Origin: Nitrososphaeraceae archaeon
Lineage (GTDB): Archaea; Thermoproteota; Nitrososphaeria; Nitrososphaerales; Nitrososphaeraceae
Assembly (NCBI GenBank): GCA_044870765.1
Contig: JBIOZG010000045.1
Location: 1 to 26,987 of the forward strand
Direction: 5' to 3'
Length of the DNA: 26,987 nucleotides
Under the pieces are notes generated by a model that was given only the letters and a program-made list of their open reading frames with translations, had not been told where the DNA came from and searched no databases. Positions 1-9,248 of this stretch are shown in pieces; the stretch's first letter is position 1, and every line of letters begins with the position of its first letter. The position numbers and the translations under genes are program-made.

Positions 1-127
1 AATTGGAGCCTCTGAAACATTGGATTGCTGCGTGGTATCAATTGGAGCCTCTGAAACATTGGATTGCTGCGTGGTATCAATTGGAGCCTCTGAAACATTG
101 GATTGCTGCGTGGTATCAATTGGAGCC
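1..127. repeat. 39-bp coding tandem repeat, 3 perfect copies plus a partial one (continues off window)
   Basis: AATTGGAGCCTCTGAAACATTGGATTGCTGCGTGGTATC starts at 1, 40 and 79, partial at 118; encodes APIDTTQQSNVSE on the minus strand. Confidence 0.97.
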
Positions 128-600
128 GTCTGAGATATATTTGAACTGGGAAGCCCATTAACAACCACACTATACCATCGTGTAGGCGCCAATGTACAGA
201 CCAGTTTTGCTGTTATCTTATTGTTACCTTCATTTAGATGTGTATACTGTTCAGTTAAAACAAGTTTCCACTGAGAAAAATCTGTTGCTCCTCCTGTGCC
301 ACTTGCAATTGCGCTTTGATATGGTTGGACGCCGTTAACTAAAACGTACACGGAACAATCCTTGGCAGTGGTGTCCGATGATTCACCCGATATTACCAAC
401 TCCTTGTTTAAAGCTACATTTTGGAGCGGCATTAAATTAAGTATCTTGACCGATTCCAATTGCGGTTGTGGAGGCGACACTAATCCTCCTGAAGTCTGAC
501 TAAATGCTTGTTGGTTTGGAGTACTTGTCAAAATTAGAAGCAAGACGATAGTAAAAATGCTCGTAGCGAGTAGAAATGGAACTTTCAACTTACATAACAT
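1..600 (-). CDS. Secreted/surface protein (3' end outside window): signal peptide, beta-rich Ig-like domain with 2 Cys, then 13-aa tandem repeats
   Basis: Not in ORF track. Manual translation from ATG 600 (alternative TTG 588) is open to base 1: MLCKLKVPFLLATSIFTIVLLLILTSTPNQQAFSQ...LVISGESSDTTAKDCSVYVLVNGVQPYQSAIASGTGGATDFSQWK...EGNNKITAKLVC...APIDTTQQSNVSE repeats. TATA-like TATATATC lies about 25 nt upstream. Confidence 0.85.
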   Translation of the reverse strand, partial: MLCKLKVPFLLATSIFTIVLLLILTSTPNQQAFSQTSGGLVSPPQPQLESVKILNLMPLQNVALNKELVISGESSDTTAKDCSVYVLVNGVQPYQSAIASGTGGATDFSQWKLVLTEQYTHLNEGNNKITAKLVCTLAPTRWYSVVVNGLPSSNISQTAPIDTTQQSNVSEAPIDTTQQSNVSEAPIDTTQQSNVSEAPI

Positions 601-1014
601 CGTTAAAAGCATACTTTTGCAGATATATATTCCAAATCCAGTCCATTGATACCAGTCTCCAAGTTTGACTTTTAATTAGCTCTTGTCGAGTTACCAGGTT
701 TAAGCAGTTACAAATCGAGTTAGATAATCTGAAGAGTTTAGAAAAAGGTTCTCTGGAAAACTCAAGAACCAAGAATTTACAATTATCTTGAAAATTAATA
801 ATTTCCTATTGGTTTTTCAACGATTGCCACCTGTTATGACATTATGAAATGTCGCTCTCATCGCTGTAACTTTAATAGGATTAGCAGTCTTGTTACTCAA
901 ATGAAGTCTGTAAAAGAACTGTGGTAGACTTCCCACAAAGATGAGAGTAGATTTCTACGAAAATTAGTGTAGACTTCAGCATAAAATATTAGTAGGGTTT
1001 CCACCCAAGTTAGA

Positions 1015-1090
1015 TGTAGACTTCAGCAAAAAACATTCCATTGAGTTTGTAGACTTCAGCAAAAAACATTCCATTGAGTTTGTAGACTTC
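1015..1090. repeat. 33-bp tandem repeat (2.3 copies)
   Basis: TGTAGACTTCAGCAAAAAACATTCCATTGAGTT at 1015 and 1048, partial at 1081. Core GTAGACTTC also occurs at 924 and 969. Confidence 0.95.
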
Positions 1091-1156
1091 CGCCATATCC
1101 TATCCTAAATAGCAAGCAATGAATTGACTATACTATTTCTGAAAGTTTGTGTACTC

Positions 1157-1240
1157 ATGACGACTTTTGCAAATATGACGACTTTTGCAAATATGACGAC
1201 TTTTGCAAATATGACGACTTTTGCAAATATGACGACTTTT
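1157..1240. repeat. 18-bp tandem repeat (4.7 copies)
   Basis: ATGACGACTTTTGCAAAT at 1157, 1175, 1193 and 1211, partial at 1229. Confidence 0.97.
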
Positions 1241-1351
1241 TCTAAATTACGTCAGGCTGCCAATAGTAACGGCTTTTAGACCGGTTTCTCTTAGGATTTT
1301 TAGCCGACCAAGTAGGAAGAAGATTGTGTCAATTCATTATAAACATTCTGC

Positions 1352-3001
1352 TTAAATTTGTAGTAGTTCTGTAAGATCAAGATCAAATGCAGCAACAGGC
1401 ATTTTTATTTTAAAACCATCTATTAGTAAAGGTGAAACTTCTCCTATTTGCCCTACTGTTTTTCCCCTATAGAATATGTCTGCACTTCTACCGCTAATGA
1501 ATGATGAATGTTCTGCCGCCTTCGTTTCAAACGTAGTGCCAAGACAAATTTCCATTAGTGTTTGAAGTATCCCTCTAATTTCAGTAAAGGTAACTCCATT
1601 AAAGGCAGTAGCGCAACACAAATTCCACTTTTCAGAATTTTCCTTCTCAGGAACAAAGACCTGTCCTATTTCGAACAGTTTTTGTGGATATTCCTCATGA
1701 ATATTCTTTGAAAGGGAAAATAACAAGGATGGCAGAAGTGATCTTCTTAAAATATCATGTTCTTCGCTTTTGGAGTTGTTAACTGTAAAGAAATCAGATT
1801 TTTCAATTTTCATCCTTCTTAGGTGGATATCTTTATTACTTAAAATGAAATTAATATTTTCAATTAATCCCATGCCTACCAAGGCCTGGCGGATTTTATC
1901 AAAATAATGATTTTGTCTGCTCTGATTACCATAAAGTGTAAATTCTGGTAGCGTAGGTTCCATGTTATAGATACCGTAGCCAATCGCTACTTCCTCCACA
2001 ATATCCATGGGATTAAAAATATCTATCCTATAACTTGGAATCATGCAATTAATGTTACTTGCATCAGTAACTTTAGCATCCAACCTGCTTCTTCTCAGGC
2101 AAAGTATCACATCCTCGTTTGAAAGAGATAGGCCTAGTTTCTTATTGATGTAATCTGTCTTAATGTTATCTAACCTAGTATTTTCCATTGAATTGAAAGA
2201 AGTTGTGGTATTACTATCCTGATTAATAGTGACAGTTTCCAAGCTGAACCCAATGTCAGCTAGCGTTGCCGCAATATTTGCCAAAACTTTGTCTACGGTT
2301 GTCTTGTCAACACCAGTAACTTCTACTAACAAATTTTTAACTCCTCCCTTAATTCTTGTATATTCAGAATTTATGACAGGGGGGAATGATATCAAATTTC
2401 CCCTGGAATCCATTAAGACAGGATATATGGACCCTAGCAACAGCTCCCTAAATTTTTTGCCTGACTCGGTTTTCTCTAACACTTCACTCAATGTCAACGA
2501 AGAGGAATAATCTAGTGGTGTAAAGCTCATGCTACCGGGTCTTGTTGTGTAGTCCAATGGAAATTCAATCGTATCCAAGTTATGTAACCCTATTGATGCC
2601 TTTGACCTTTTTCTCCCTAAACCATTATGCAGATCTTCTTGCATAGAAACAATTTGTTTTATAGTTTTGTCATTTAATTTATGACCTCTGCCAACAATGC
2701 TTGCTATATAGGGTCTTATGTTTGATACGGAAGAATCTACATTAATCAAATTTTTTTTGTTTTCAATTGGATTAAACTTTGGAATTCCTACTTCTTTCCC
2801 AAGCAGGCCTTTCAATGCCCTTGAGATTCCAAAATAAGTGGAAAAATCAGGTCGATTTGGACTATATTCCAACCTGATACATTTATCATCCCTATATTCT
2901 ATATCGAGTCCTAAAAATGGTAATATATCAATAGTATATTCTAAATCATAGTCAGGAAACAATCTACTGATATCCTCTAGTGGAAATTCTACAACGGGCA
3001 T
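1352..3001 (-). CDS. pheT: Phenylalanine--tRNA ligase beta subunit (archaeal type)
   Basis: PNRPD, QEDLHNGLGRKR, YRIDI...DIVEEVAIGYG and LRRSLLPSLL motifs. Likely start is ATG 3001 (MPVVEF), overlapping the pheS stop; ORF extends to 3022. Confidence 0.96.
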   Translation of the reverse strand: MPVVEFPLEDISRLFPDYDLEYTIDILPFLGLDIEYRDDKCIRLEYSPNRPDFSTYFGISRALKGLLGKEVGIPKFNPIENKKNLINVDSSVSNIRPYIASIVGRGHKLNDKTIKQIVSMQEDLHNGLGRKRSKASIGLHNLDTIEFPLDYTTRPGSMSFTPLDYSSSLTLSEVLEKTESGKKFRELLLGSIYPVLMDSRGNLISFPPVINSEYTRIKGGVKNLLVEVTGVDKTTVDKVLANIAATLADIGFSLETVTINQDSNTTTSFNSMENTRLDNIKTDYINKKLGLSLSNEDVILCLRRSRLDAKVTDASNINCMIPSYRIDIFNPMDIVEEVAIGYGIYNMEPTLPEFTLYGNQSRQNHYFDKIRQALVGMGLIENINFILSNKDIHLRRMKIEKSDFFTVNNSKSEEHDILRRSLLPSLLFSLSKNIHEEYPQKLFEIGQVFVPEKENSEKWNLCCATAFNGVTFTEIRGILQTLMEICLGTTFETKAAEHSSFISGRSADIFYRGKTVGQIGEVSPLLIDGFKIKMPVAAFDLDLTELLQI

Positions 3002-4512
3002 ATTGATTGCGTCCTTAACCACGATAATTTGTTTTCATAGAGCTCACGTACATCATCCAATCCATAACGAATCATAGCGATTCGTTCAAGACCGCCTCCC
3101 CATGCAAGCACATTATTGACCATACCAATTGACTGAGTAACCTCTGGTCTGAACATACCCATACCAAACAACTCAATCCACTTTCCTAGTTTATCTATAT
3201 ACACCATCGATTGTAGTGACGGTTCGGTATAGGGAAAATATGTCGGCCAGAACTTTACCTTCTCTAGGCCGAGCTTGGAATAAAATTGCTTTTGCAGACC
3301 CATCAAATCCCTTAAACTTATGGATTCACCTATTACAATTCCTTCGATTTGATGAAATTCCATTAAATGCTTGTAAGACATTTTTTCATTCCTAAAAACT
3401 CGTCCAATAGAAAAGATCCGCCCATATGTCGGCTTATTCTCCGAAAGATATTTTATAGTAACCGGTGTAGTATGTGTGCGAAGAACTGTTTTCTTAGATT
3501 TTTCAAGGTTCCAATCGTAATTCCATTCATTCTTGTGAAAGTCCGAAACTTTGTTACTGATGACGGAATCTATATCCTCATCAATTAAGTTTGACATATA
3601 GAACGTATCTTGCATATCCCTTGCCGGATGATCTTGGGGAGTAAATAGTACATCAAAGTTCCAAAAACAAGATTGAATCGTTGATCCTTCAATTTCAGAA
3701 AATCCCATAGAAACAAAAATTTCTCTTATTTCAGCAATTATATCGGTTAGTGGATGTGTTCTTCCCATAAGGAAAGTTCGTACAGGGGAAGTAACATCTA
3801 TTTGTGTAAACTTCTCATTTTTCCACTTACCACTATTTAGTATCTCAGATGTGAGTATCCCTATCTCATTATCTTCGTCTAGATTTATCTCAGGCGCGAG
3901 TTTTTTTCCCACCCTCGTGAGAGAAACAAGGAACGATTTTTCAACATTCTCCTTTACATAGCCTGGACGATTCTTCAAGAGAGTAAATCCATTTAGCTCG
4001 GCTTCGGATAACTCGGCTAGTTTAATCCTCTTCAATTTTGATAATTGTTGTAATAGAATTTCTTCGAATGATAGACTCTCAGAATTATTTGTAATCTTCA
4101 GACTGTCTGATTCTTTTTTCAGCCAACCATTTCTAATGGCATTTTTTATTCCAACACCGAATTCACTATTTGACATGCGACATTGGTTAGCAAACTTACC
4201 AATCTGGATACTTTTTTGACCGGTTTTTTTTATCTCAGTAATTATTCTTCTTTCTGGTAATGTCACAAAATCTGCGCGTTGAATCTTCTCATTTGGGTTT
4301 TTATTTTGTGATTCGGAAGTTAATTCAAGTATTGACTCCTTTTGAATAGAGACGGATACCAATCCCTTGTACTTTAACCACTCAATTCCGCGTCTTACAT
4401 TATCCAGTGAAAGATTCGTAAGGGTTGCAAGTTTCTCAATCTCTATTTCGTCGTCATTTACAAGTGAAAGAAGAATTTTTTTCTCTATTTTATGCAAATT
4501 TAATTGCGTCAT
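2989..4512 (-). CDS. pheS: Phenylalanine--tRNA ligase alpha subunit (archaeal, N-terminal wHTH domains)
   Basis: WNFDVLFTPQDHPARDMQDTF, LRTHTT, GRVFRNE, HLMEFHQIEG, YFPYTEPS, GLERIAM. Confidence 0.97.
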   Translation of the reverse strand: MTQLNLHKIEKKILLSLVNDDEIEIEKLATLTNLSLDNVRRGIEWLKYKGLVSVSIQKESILELTSESQNKNPNEKIQRADFVTLPERRIITEIKKTGQKSIQIGKFANQCRMSNSEFGVGIKNAIRNGWLKKESDSLKITNNSESLSFEEILLQQLSKLKRIKLAELSEAELNGFTLLKNRPGYVKENVEKSFLVSLTRVGKKLAPEINLDEDNEIGILTSEILNSGKWKNEKFTQIDVTSPVRTFLMGRTHPLTDIIAEIREIFVSMGFSEIEGSTIQSCFWNFDVLFTPQDHPARDMQDTFYMSNLIDEDIDSVISNKVSDFHKNEWNYDWNLEKSKKTVLRTHTTPVTIKYLSENKPTYGRIFSIGRVFRNEKMSYKHLMEFHQIEGIVIGESISLRDLMGLQKQFYSKLGLEKVKFWPTYFPYTEPSLQSMVYIDKLGKWIELFGMGMFRPEVTQSIGMVNNVLAWGGGLERIAMIRYGLDDVRELYENKLSWLRTQSICPL

Positions 4513-4542
4513 TTAAATATGGATCAGACATTGATGGAATAC

Positions 4543-4560
4543 TTTTTAAACGTTTAAAGC
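4543..4560. promoter_or_regulatory. Back-to-back TATA boxes for divergent pheS and trpS
   Basis: Perfect palindrome TTTAAACGTTTAAA at 4545-4558, about 27-33 nt from both start codons. Confidence 0.55.
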
Positions 4561-4585
4561 TCTCGATTGTTGTATATATAGGAAA

Positions 4586-5725
4586 ATGAGTGAATCATTT
4601 AAAGAGAATTTTGATGATTTTGAAGTTACCCCGTGGAAAGTCGAGGGATCGGTAGATTATGCTCGATTAATAAAAAAATTTGGTACTCAAGAAATAACTA
4701 ACGAGATACTTGAAAAAATTGAATCATTCACTGGTGAATTACATCCTTTACTTAAACACAAATTCTTTTTTTCACATAGAGATCTTGATTGGATTCTAAA
4801 CAAGTACGATAATAATGAAAAATTCTATTTGTATACTGGAAGAGGACCATCTGGCATGGTTCACCTAGGACATCTGATGCCATGGTTCTTGACTAAACAC
4901 TTGCAAGATAAATTTGATTCTAATCTGCTGTTTCAGATAACTGATGATGAAAAGTTCTTGTTTGGAAATCAAACATTGGATGAAATTAAGAAAAATGTGT
5001 ATGAGAATATCCTAGACATAATTGCAATTGGTTTCAAAAAGAGTAAAACAAAAATAATTATCAATTCAAGACACATCGAGCATCTTTATTCAACTTCACT
5101 TGAAATAGCAAAAAGGATAACGTTTTCAACAGCAAAGAGCGTATTCGGTTTTACCAACTCAACCAATATTGGAATGATTGGTTTTCCACCACTTCAGGCT
5201 GTCCCCTGTTTTCTTCCATCCATAATTGAAGGAAAACCTACACCTGTACTAATTCCCGCCGCAATAGATCAGGATCCGTACTGGAGATTGACACGAGATA
5301 TTGCAGAAAAAATTGGATTTTACAAGCCTGCACAGATACACAGCAAATTTTTGCCGAGTTTACAAACAAAAGGAAAGATGTCATCATCGAGTCCTGAAAC
5401 TGCGATATTTACTACTGACGAGACAAAAATAATAGAAGACAAAATATCAAATGCCTTCACCGGAGGTCAACCAACTATTTCTCTTCAGAAAAAATTGGGT
5501 GGAAATCCTAGTATTTGCTCCGTATTTTCATATCTCAAGTATTTGTATGATACGCCTGCGGAGTCAAATGAGAGGGAACTAAAATGCAGAAGCGGCAATC
5601 TACTTTGTGGAGAATGTAAACATGATCTGTCCGACGACTCAACTGCATTTATATCAGCGTTCCAGAAGCGGAGAGAAAAAGCTAAAGACATTGTTTCCGA
5701 TTTTCTATATAGTGAGGAAAGTTGA
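4586..5725 (+). CDS. trpS: Tryptophan--tRNA ligase (archaeal/eukaryal type)
   Basis: VTPW, YLYTGRGPS, HLGH (HIGH motif), QITDDEKF, AIDQDPYWR, KMSSS. Confidence 0.97.
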   Translation: MSESFKENFDDFEVTPWKVEGSVDYARLIKKFGTQEITNEILEKIESFTGELHPLLKHKFFFSHRDLDWILNKYDNNEKFYLYTGRGPSGMVHLGHLMPWFLTKHLQDKFDSNLLFQITDDEKFLFGNQTLDEIKKNVYENILDIIAIGFKKSKTKIIINSRHIEHLYSTSLEIAKRITFSTAKSVFGFTNSTNIGMIGFPPLQAVPCFLPSIIEGKPTPVLIPAAIDQDPYWRLTRDIAEKIGFYKPAQIHSKFLPSLQTKGKMSSSSPETAIFTTDETKIIEDKISNAFTGGQPTISLQKKLGGNPSICSVFSYLKYLYDTPAESNERELKCRSGNLLCGECKHDLSDDSTAFISAFQKRREKAKDIVSDFLYSEES

Positions 5726-5729
5726 CCCA

Positions 5730-6020
5730 TTGGAAAAAGTGACGCGATTTGAATGCCTTGACTCATACGAAACCGAAAAATTAGGTAGTATGTTGTTAGG
5801 GGATAAAAATAGTGTACACTTTGTAGTTGAAGTCATAAAAATTATAGATAACGAGATAATACTAATGTTGAAGGACAAATCATGTCATGCCGTTCTAATG
5901 AAGGATAACATAAATGCGGTTAAATTAAGGGAATTTGTAGCAGAACTAATATTCGGACCTATGATGGTTGTTAGGACATTTGGTCAGGAAAATATACTGA
6001 ATGTTGTGCATAAAACTTAA
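5730..6020 (+). CDS. Hypothetical protein, probably co-transcribed with trpS
   Basis: The ORF runs 5607..6020 but its 5' part overlaps trpS. A plausible start is TTG 5730 (or GTG 5712) just after the trpS stop. Globular-looking sequence ECLDSYETEKL...KDKSCHAVLMKD. Confidence 0.7.
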   Translation: MEKVTRFECLDSYETEKLGSMLLGDKNSVHFVVEVIKIIDNEIILMLKDKSCHAVLMKDNINAVKLREFVAELIFGPMMVVRTFGQENILNVVHKT

Positions 6021-6130
6021 TTTTGAACAGATTACTTATATTTAGCACATTAGGCGTGCAAATAGCTTTATTCAGTTCTGCATGTTAACATACTACGGAG
6101 AACGTAATAATCAAGTGCTAGCCTTAAATG

Positions 6131-6598
6131 TTACATTGATAGTTTGCTTCCATTTATGTCAATTTCACCCTGTCTTATTCTTGTTGAAGATATCACTTTA
6201 CCTTCATGATCCTCTACTAAGGGAACAATAACAATTTCCAATTTGGTAATGTTTTTTGATTCTCTTAATGCATTAATTTTAATGCAATTTTCCTTGGATG
6301 ATTCAGTGGTAACGATAGCCTGTACTTCTTTATTCAATACCGTCGGACCATAAAAATTATTTAGTTCATAAATTGAATAGTTAGATTTATTGAATTTTTC
6401 TTTAATAAATTTCCTTAAATTTTTTAGTCGGATGGGGTAGTCGTTAGCAATTTTTTTCTTTTTCTGATTTGCATAATTGTCACTGCTTAGACCAATTATT
6501 ACATGATTTCCAACTTCAAATGCTTTTAGTAACAGTATATAATGACCCTTGTGCAAAATGTCAAATGTGCCACCGGTAGCCACGGTGTCAAACATCAA
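6131..6598 (-). CDS. coaD: Phosphopantetheine adenylyltransferase (archaeal type)
   Basis: VATGGTFDILHKGH, IGLSSD, YGPT, INALR, ISSTRIR. Confidence 0.92.
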   Translation of the reverse strand: MMFDTVATGGTFDILHKGHYILLLKAFEVGNHVIIGLSSDNYANQKKKKIANDYPIRLKNLRKFIKEKFNKSNYSIYELNNFYGPTVLNKEVQAIVTTESSKENCIKINALRESKNITKLEIVIVPLVEDHEGKVISSTRIRQGEIDINGSKLSM

Positions 6599-6629
6599 TC
6601 TTCAACCTTGCTAGTTTGGCGTCAAAATA

Positions 6630-7283
<654 letters not shown>

Positions 7284-7422
7284 TTATCAATTTTGTGAAA
7301 CCAAATTACGGATCGCCATGGAGGCATCGGGTCGTAAAGTAGTCTATAAAGTAATGGTGTTGAAATTAATAGCCTCACCATTCCAAAATAAGAAATAGCC
7401 ATTCATTTTTTAGACTTGGTAA

Positions 7423-8118
7423 TTGTCAGGACTGGGACTTAACTATTGGAAAGAAGTGATTGGAGTTTTGAGAAGCATAATTCCAGTTTATGATAAAGTC
7501 AACAAGAGTATTTCATTAGGCCAAGATGACAAGTACAGGCAATTAGGCCTGAATGGTCAAATTCGTCCAGGCGATTTGATACTTGATGCGGGTTCGGGTT
7601 TTGGCAATATGTCATCTAAGGCATTAGAGATCCTGAGCGGAAATGCCAATATAATTCTTCATGATCCCATACCCGAAATGCTTCATCATGCCCAGAATCG
7701 GGCAAATCAAAGACTCAAACTATCGTGCGGAGTTTTCGAATATATGCCATTTAGGGAATCAACGATAGATGATGTCCTTTGCGGATACTCCCTAAGAGAT
7801 GCCTTTTCTCTAGCCGAGGCAATCTCCGAAATTCATCGGGTCCTAAAAAATAATGGAAGATTCATTATTGTGGATATAGGAAAACCCGATAACATGCTCC
7901 TTAGAAGCCTTGTTGCATTTTACTTGAAATATGTTCTTGGCATAATTGCATATTCCGTTTCTGGCAAGAGAGGTTTGAAATTTAAGACTTTGCATGGAAC
8001 TTTTTTACGATGGCCCAAGAACGGTAAGTTAAACGATCTCTTACTTGAGAAATTTTCGAGAGTTAAATTCACAAAAAAAATGTTTGGAGGCGCAATAATT
8101 GTTGTGGCGTACAAATAG
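7423..8118 (+). CDS. Class I SAM-dependent methyltransferase, UbiE/MenG family
   Basis: YDKVNKSISLGQD, ILDAGSGFG, MPF...YSLRD, EIHRVLKNNG. Confidence 0.88.
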   Translation: MSGLGLNYWKEVIGVLRSIIPVYDKVNKSISLGQDDKYRQLGLNGQIRPGDLILDAGSGFGNMSSKALEILSGNANIILHDPIPEMLHHAQNRANQRLKLSCGVFEYMPFRESTIDDVLCGYSLRDAFSLAEAISEIHRVLKNNGRFIIVDIGKPDNMLLRSLVAFYLKYVLGIIAYSVSGKRGLKFKTLHGTFLRWPKNGKLNDLLLEKFSRVKFTKKMFGGAIIVVAYK

Positions 8119-8237
8119 GGGCGTATTTGTCACATGATTAGAACTTGTTTTATTGAGAAAAAGTAAATGTTAGCTAGTCAAAAGCCAGATAATTCTCTAC
8201 TGTTCTATTTATAGACAGATTTCCTAATAATGGCACA

Positions 8238-8546
8238 TTGAATTATCGGAGTACTGCTGACATTATCGCCATGATATTGTTTACCGCAATCAATGGAGAA
8301 AGAAAATCATCAATCATGTCAAAAGCACATTTGAATTATGAGCAAATCAAAAAATACATAAAAATTTTGGTGATAAATGAGTTGGTTATTGAGAGAAGTA
8401 ATTTGTTCGAAGGCTCCGTCACATATCATACGACTGACAAAGGAAAAAATTACTTGGAAATGTACGAAGAATCAAAAGCATACAATTTGACTTCTAACAT
8501 GTATGTATTTGGAAAACAAGAAAATCAGAACGTATTTTCCGTATAA
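8238..8546 (+). CDS. Small winged-helix DNA-binding protein (archaeal HTH_45-like)
   Basis: YRSTADIIAMIL, IMSKAHLNYEQIKKYIKIL, YHTTDKGKNYL. Confidence 0.88.
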   Translation: MNYRSTADIIAMILFTAINGERKSSIMSKAHLNYEQIKKYIKILVINELVIERSNLFEGSVTYHTTDKGKNYLEMYEESKAYNLTSNMYVFGKQENQNVFSV

Positions 8547-8830
8547 TTTTAAATGTACCAAAGAATTTTTTCGTACAAGTTCTGATTCTCATTAGCGTGA
8601 CTATGTATCATTTATAGTAACAATTTTCTTTTGTTCAAAAAATTCAGCTGTAGTTAGGCATACTAGTCGCTTCTGCATATCTGTTATAGAAAACATGTCA
8701 ATATCTATTATTAATTCAACATCTACTTTGTTCTTACGATTATACTGACAAAATTACTGGAAAAAGTGAAAATCCATTTACTATAAGAGTTAATGACGAA
8801 GTTTTTATTTTATATATTTGCTTATCTTTT

Positions 8831-9181
8831 GTGGAATCACTCAGCAAGTTAGATGTAATTGCCATTATCTTGAAAAACACATACAAATACTGTGACTATG
8901 AGGAAATATATTCAAGATTAAAATCCAACATTACGGTGCCAGAGTTAATGAAATTTCTGTTCGAATTAAGAAAGCACAATTTACTAATGTACTCTGAGAG
9001 TCAAAATAATAATAAGATAATCATTACTACAAAAGGAATGCAATATTTGCGAATACATGAAGAACTAATGAATCAGATATATCCAAGAAATAATAAGAGT
9101 TCAGGCATTTTTAATCGTCATAACCGATTTTTGAAATTTCCGAGTTTATTTAAAAAGAATAGCATTAGATCATTAAGATAA
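8831..9181 (+). CDS. Small winged-helix protein (divergent HTH_45-like) with basic tail
   Basis: SKLDVIAIIL, LFELRKHNLL, IITTKGMQYL; GTG start. Confidence 0.78.
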   Translation: MESLSKLDVIAIILKNTYKYCDYEEIYSRLKSNITVPELMKFLFELRKHNLLMYSESQNNNKIIITTKGMQYLRIHEELMNQIYPRNNKSSGIFNRHNRFLKFPSLFKKNSIRSLR

Positions 9182-9248
9182 TTACATAGGCGTAAAAGGA
9201 GCCTTGAGTAAAGTTAATTAAAAACAAAGAAAACCCTTTCTCATTAAC

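Noticed and set aside
1-127. CRISPR array
   Set aside because: Units are contiguous with no spacers, and the length is a multiple of 3 inside a CDS.
590-772. 60-aa ORF
   Set aside because: No motif; it covers the promoter and start of the 1..600 gene.
924-1240. CRISPR array or Cas12a-type repeat (ATTTCTAC...GTAGA at 951-973)
   Set aside because: The shared core is only 9-12 bp, the later spacers are identical, the loop is too long for a Cas12a handle, and there are no cas genes.
773-1351. Replication origin
   Set aside because: No cdc6/orc1 nearby and no convincing ORB with G-string; TTCCATTGAG is only vaguely similar.
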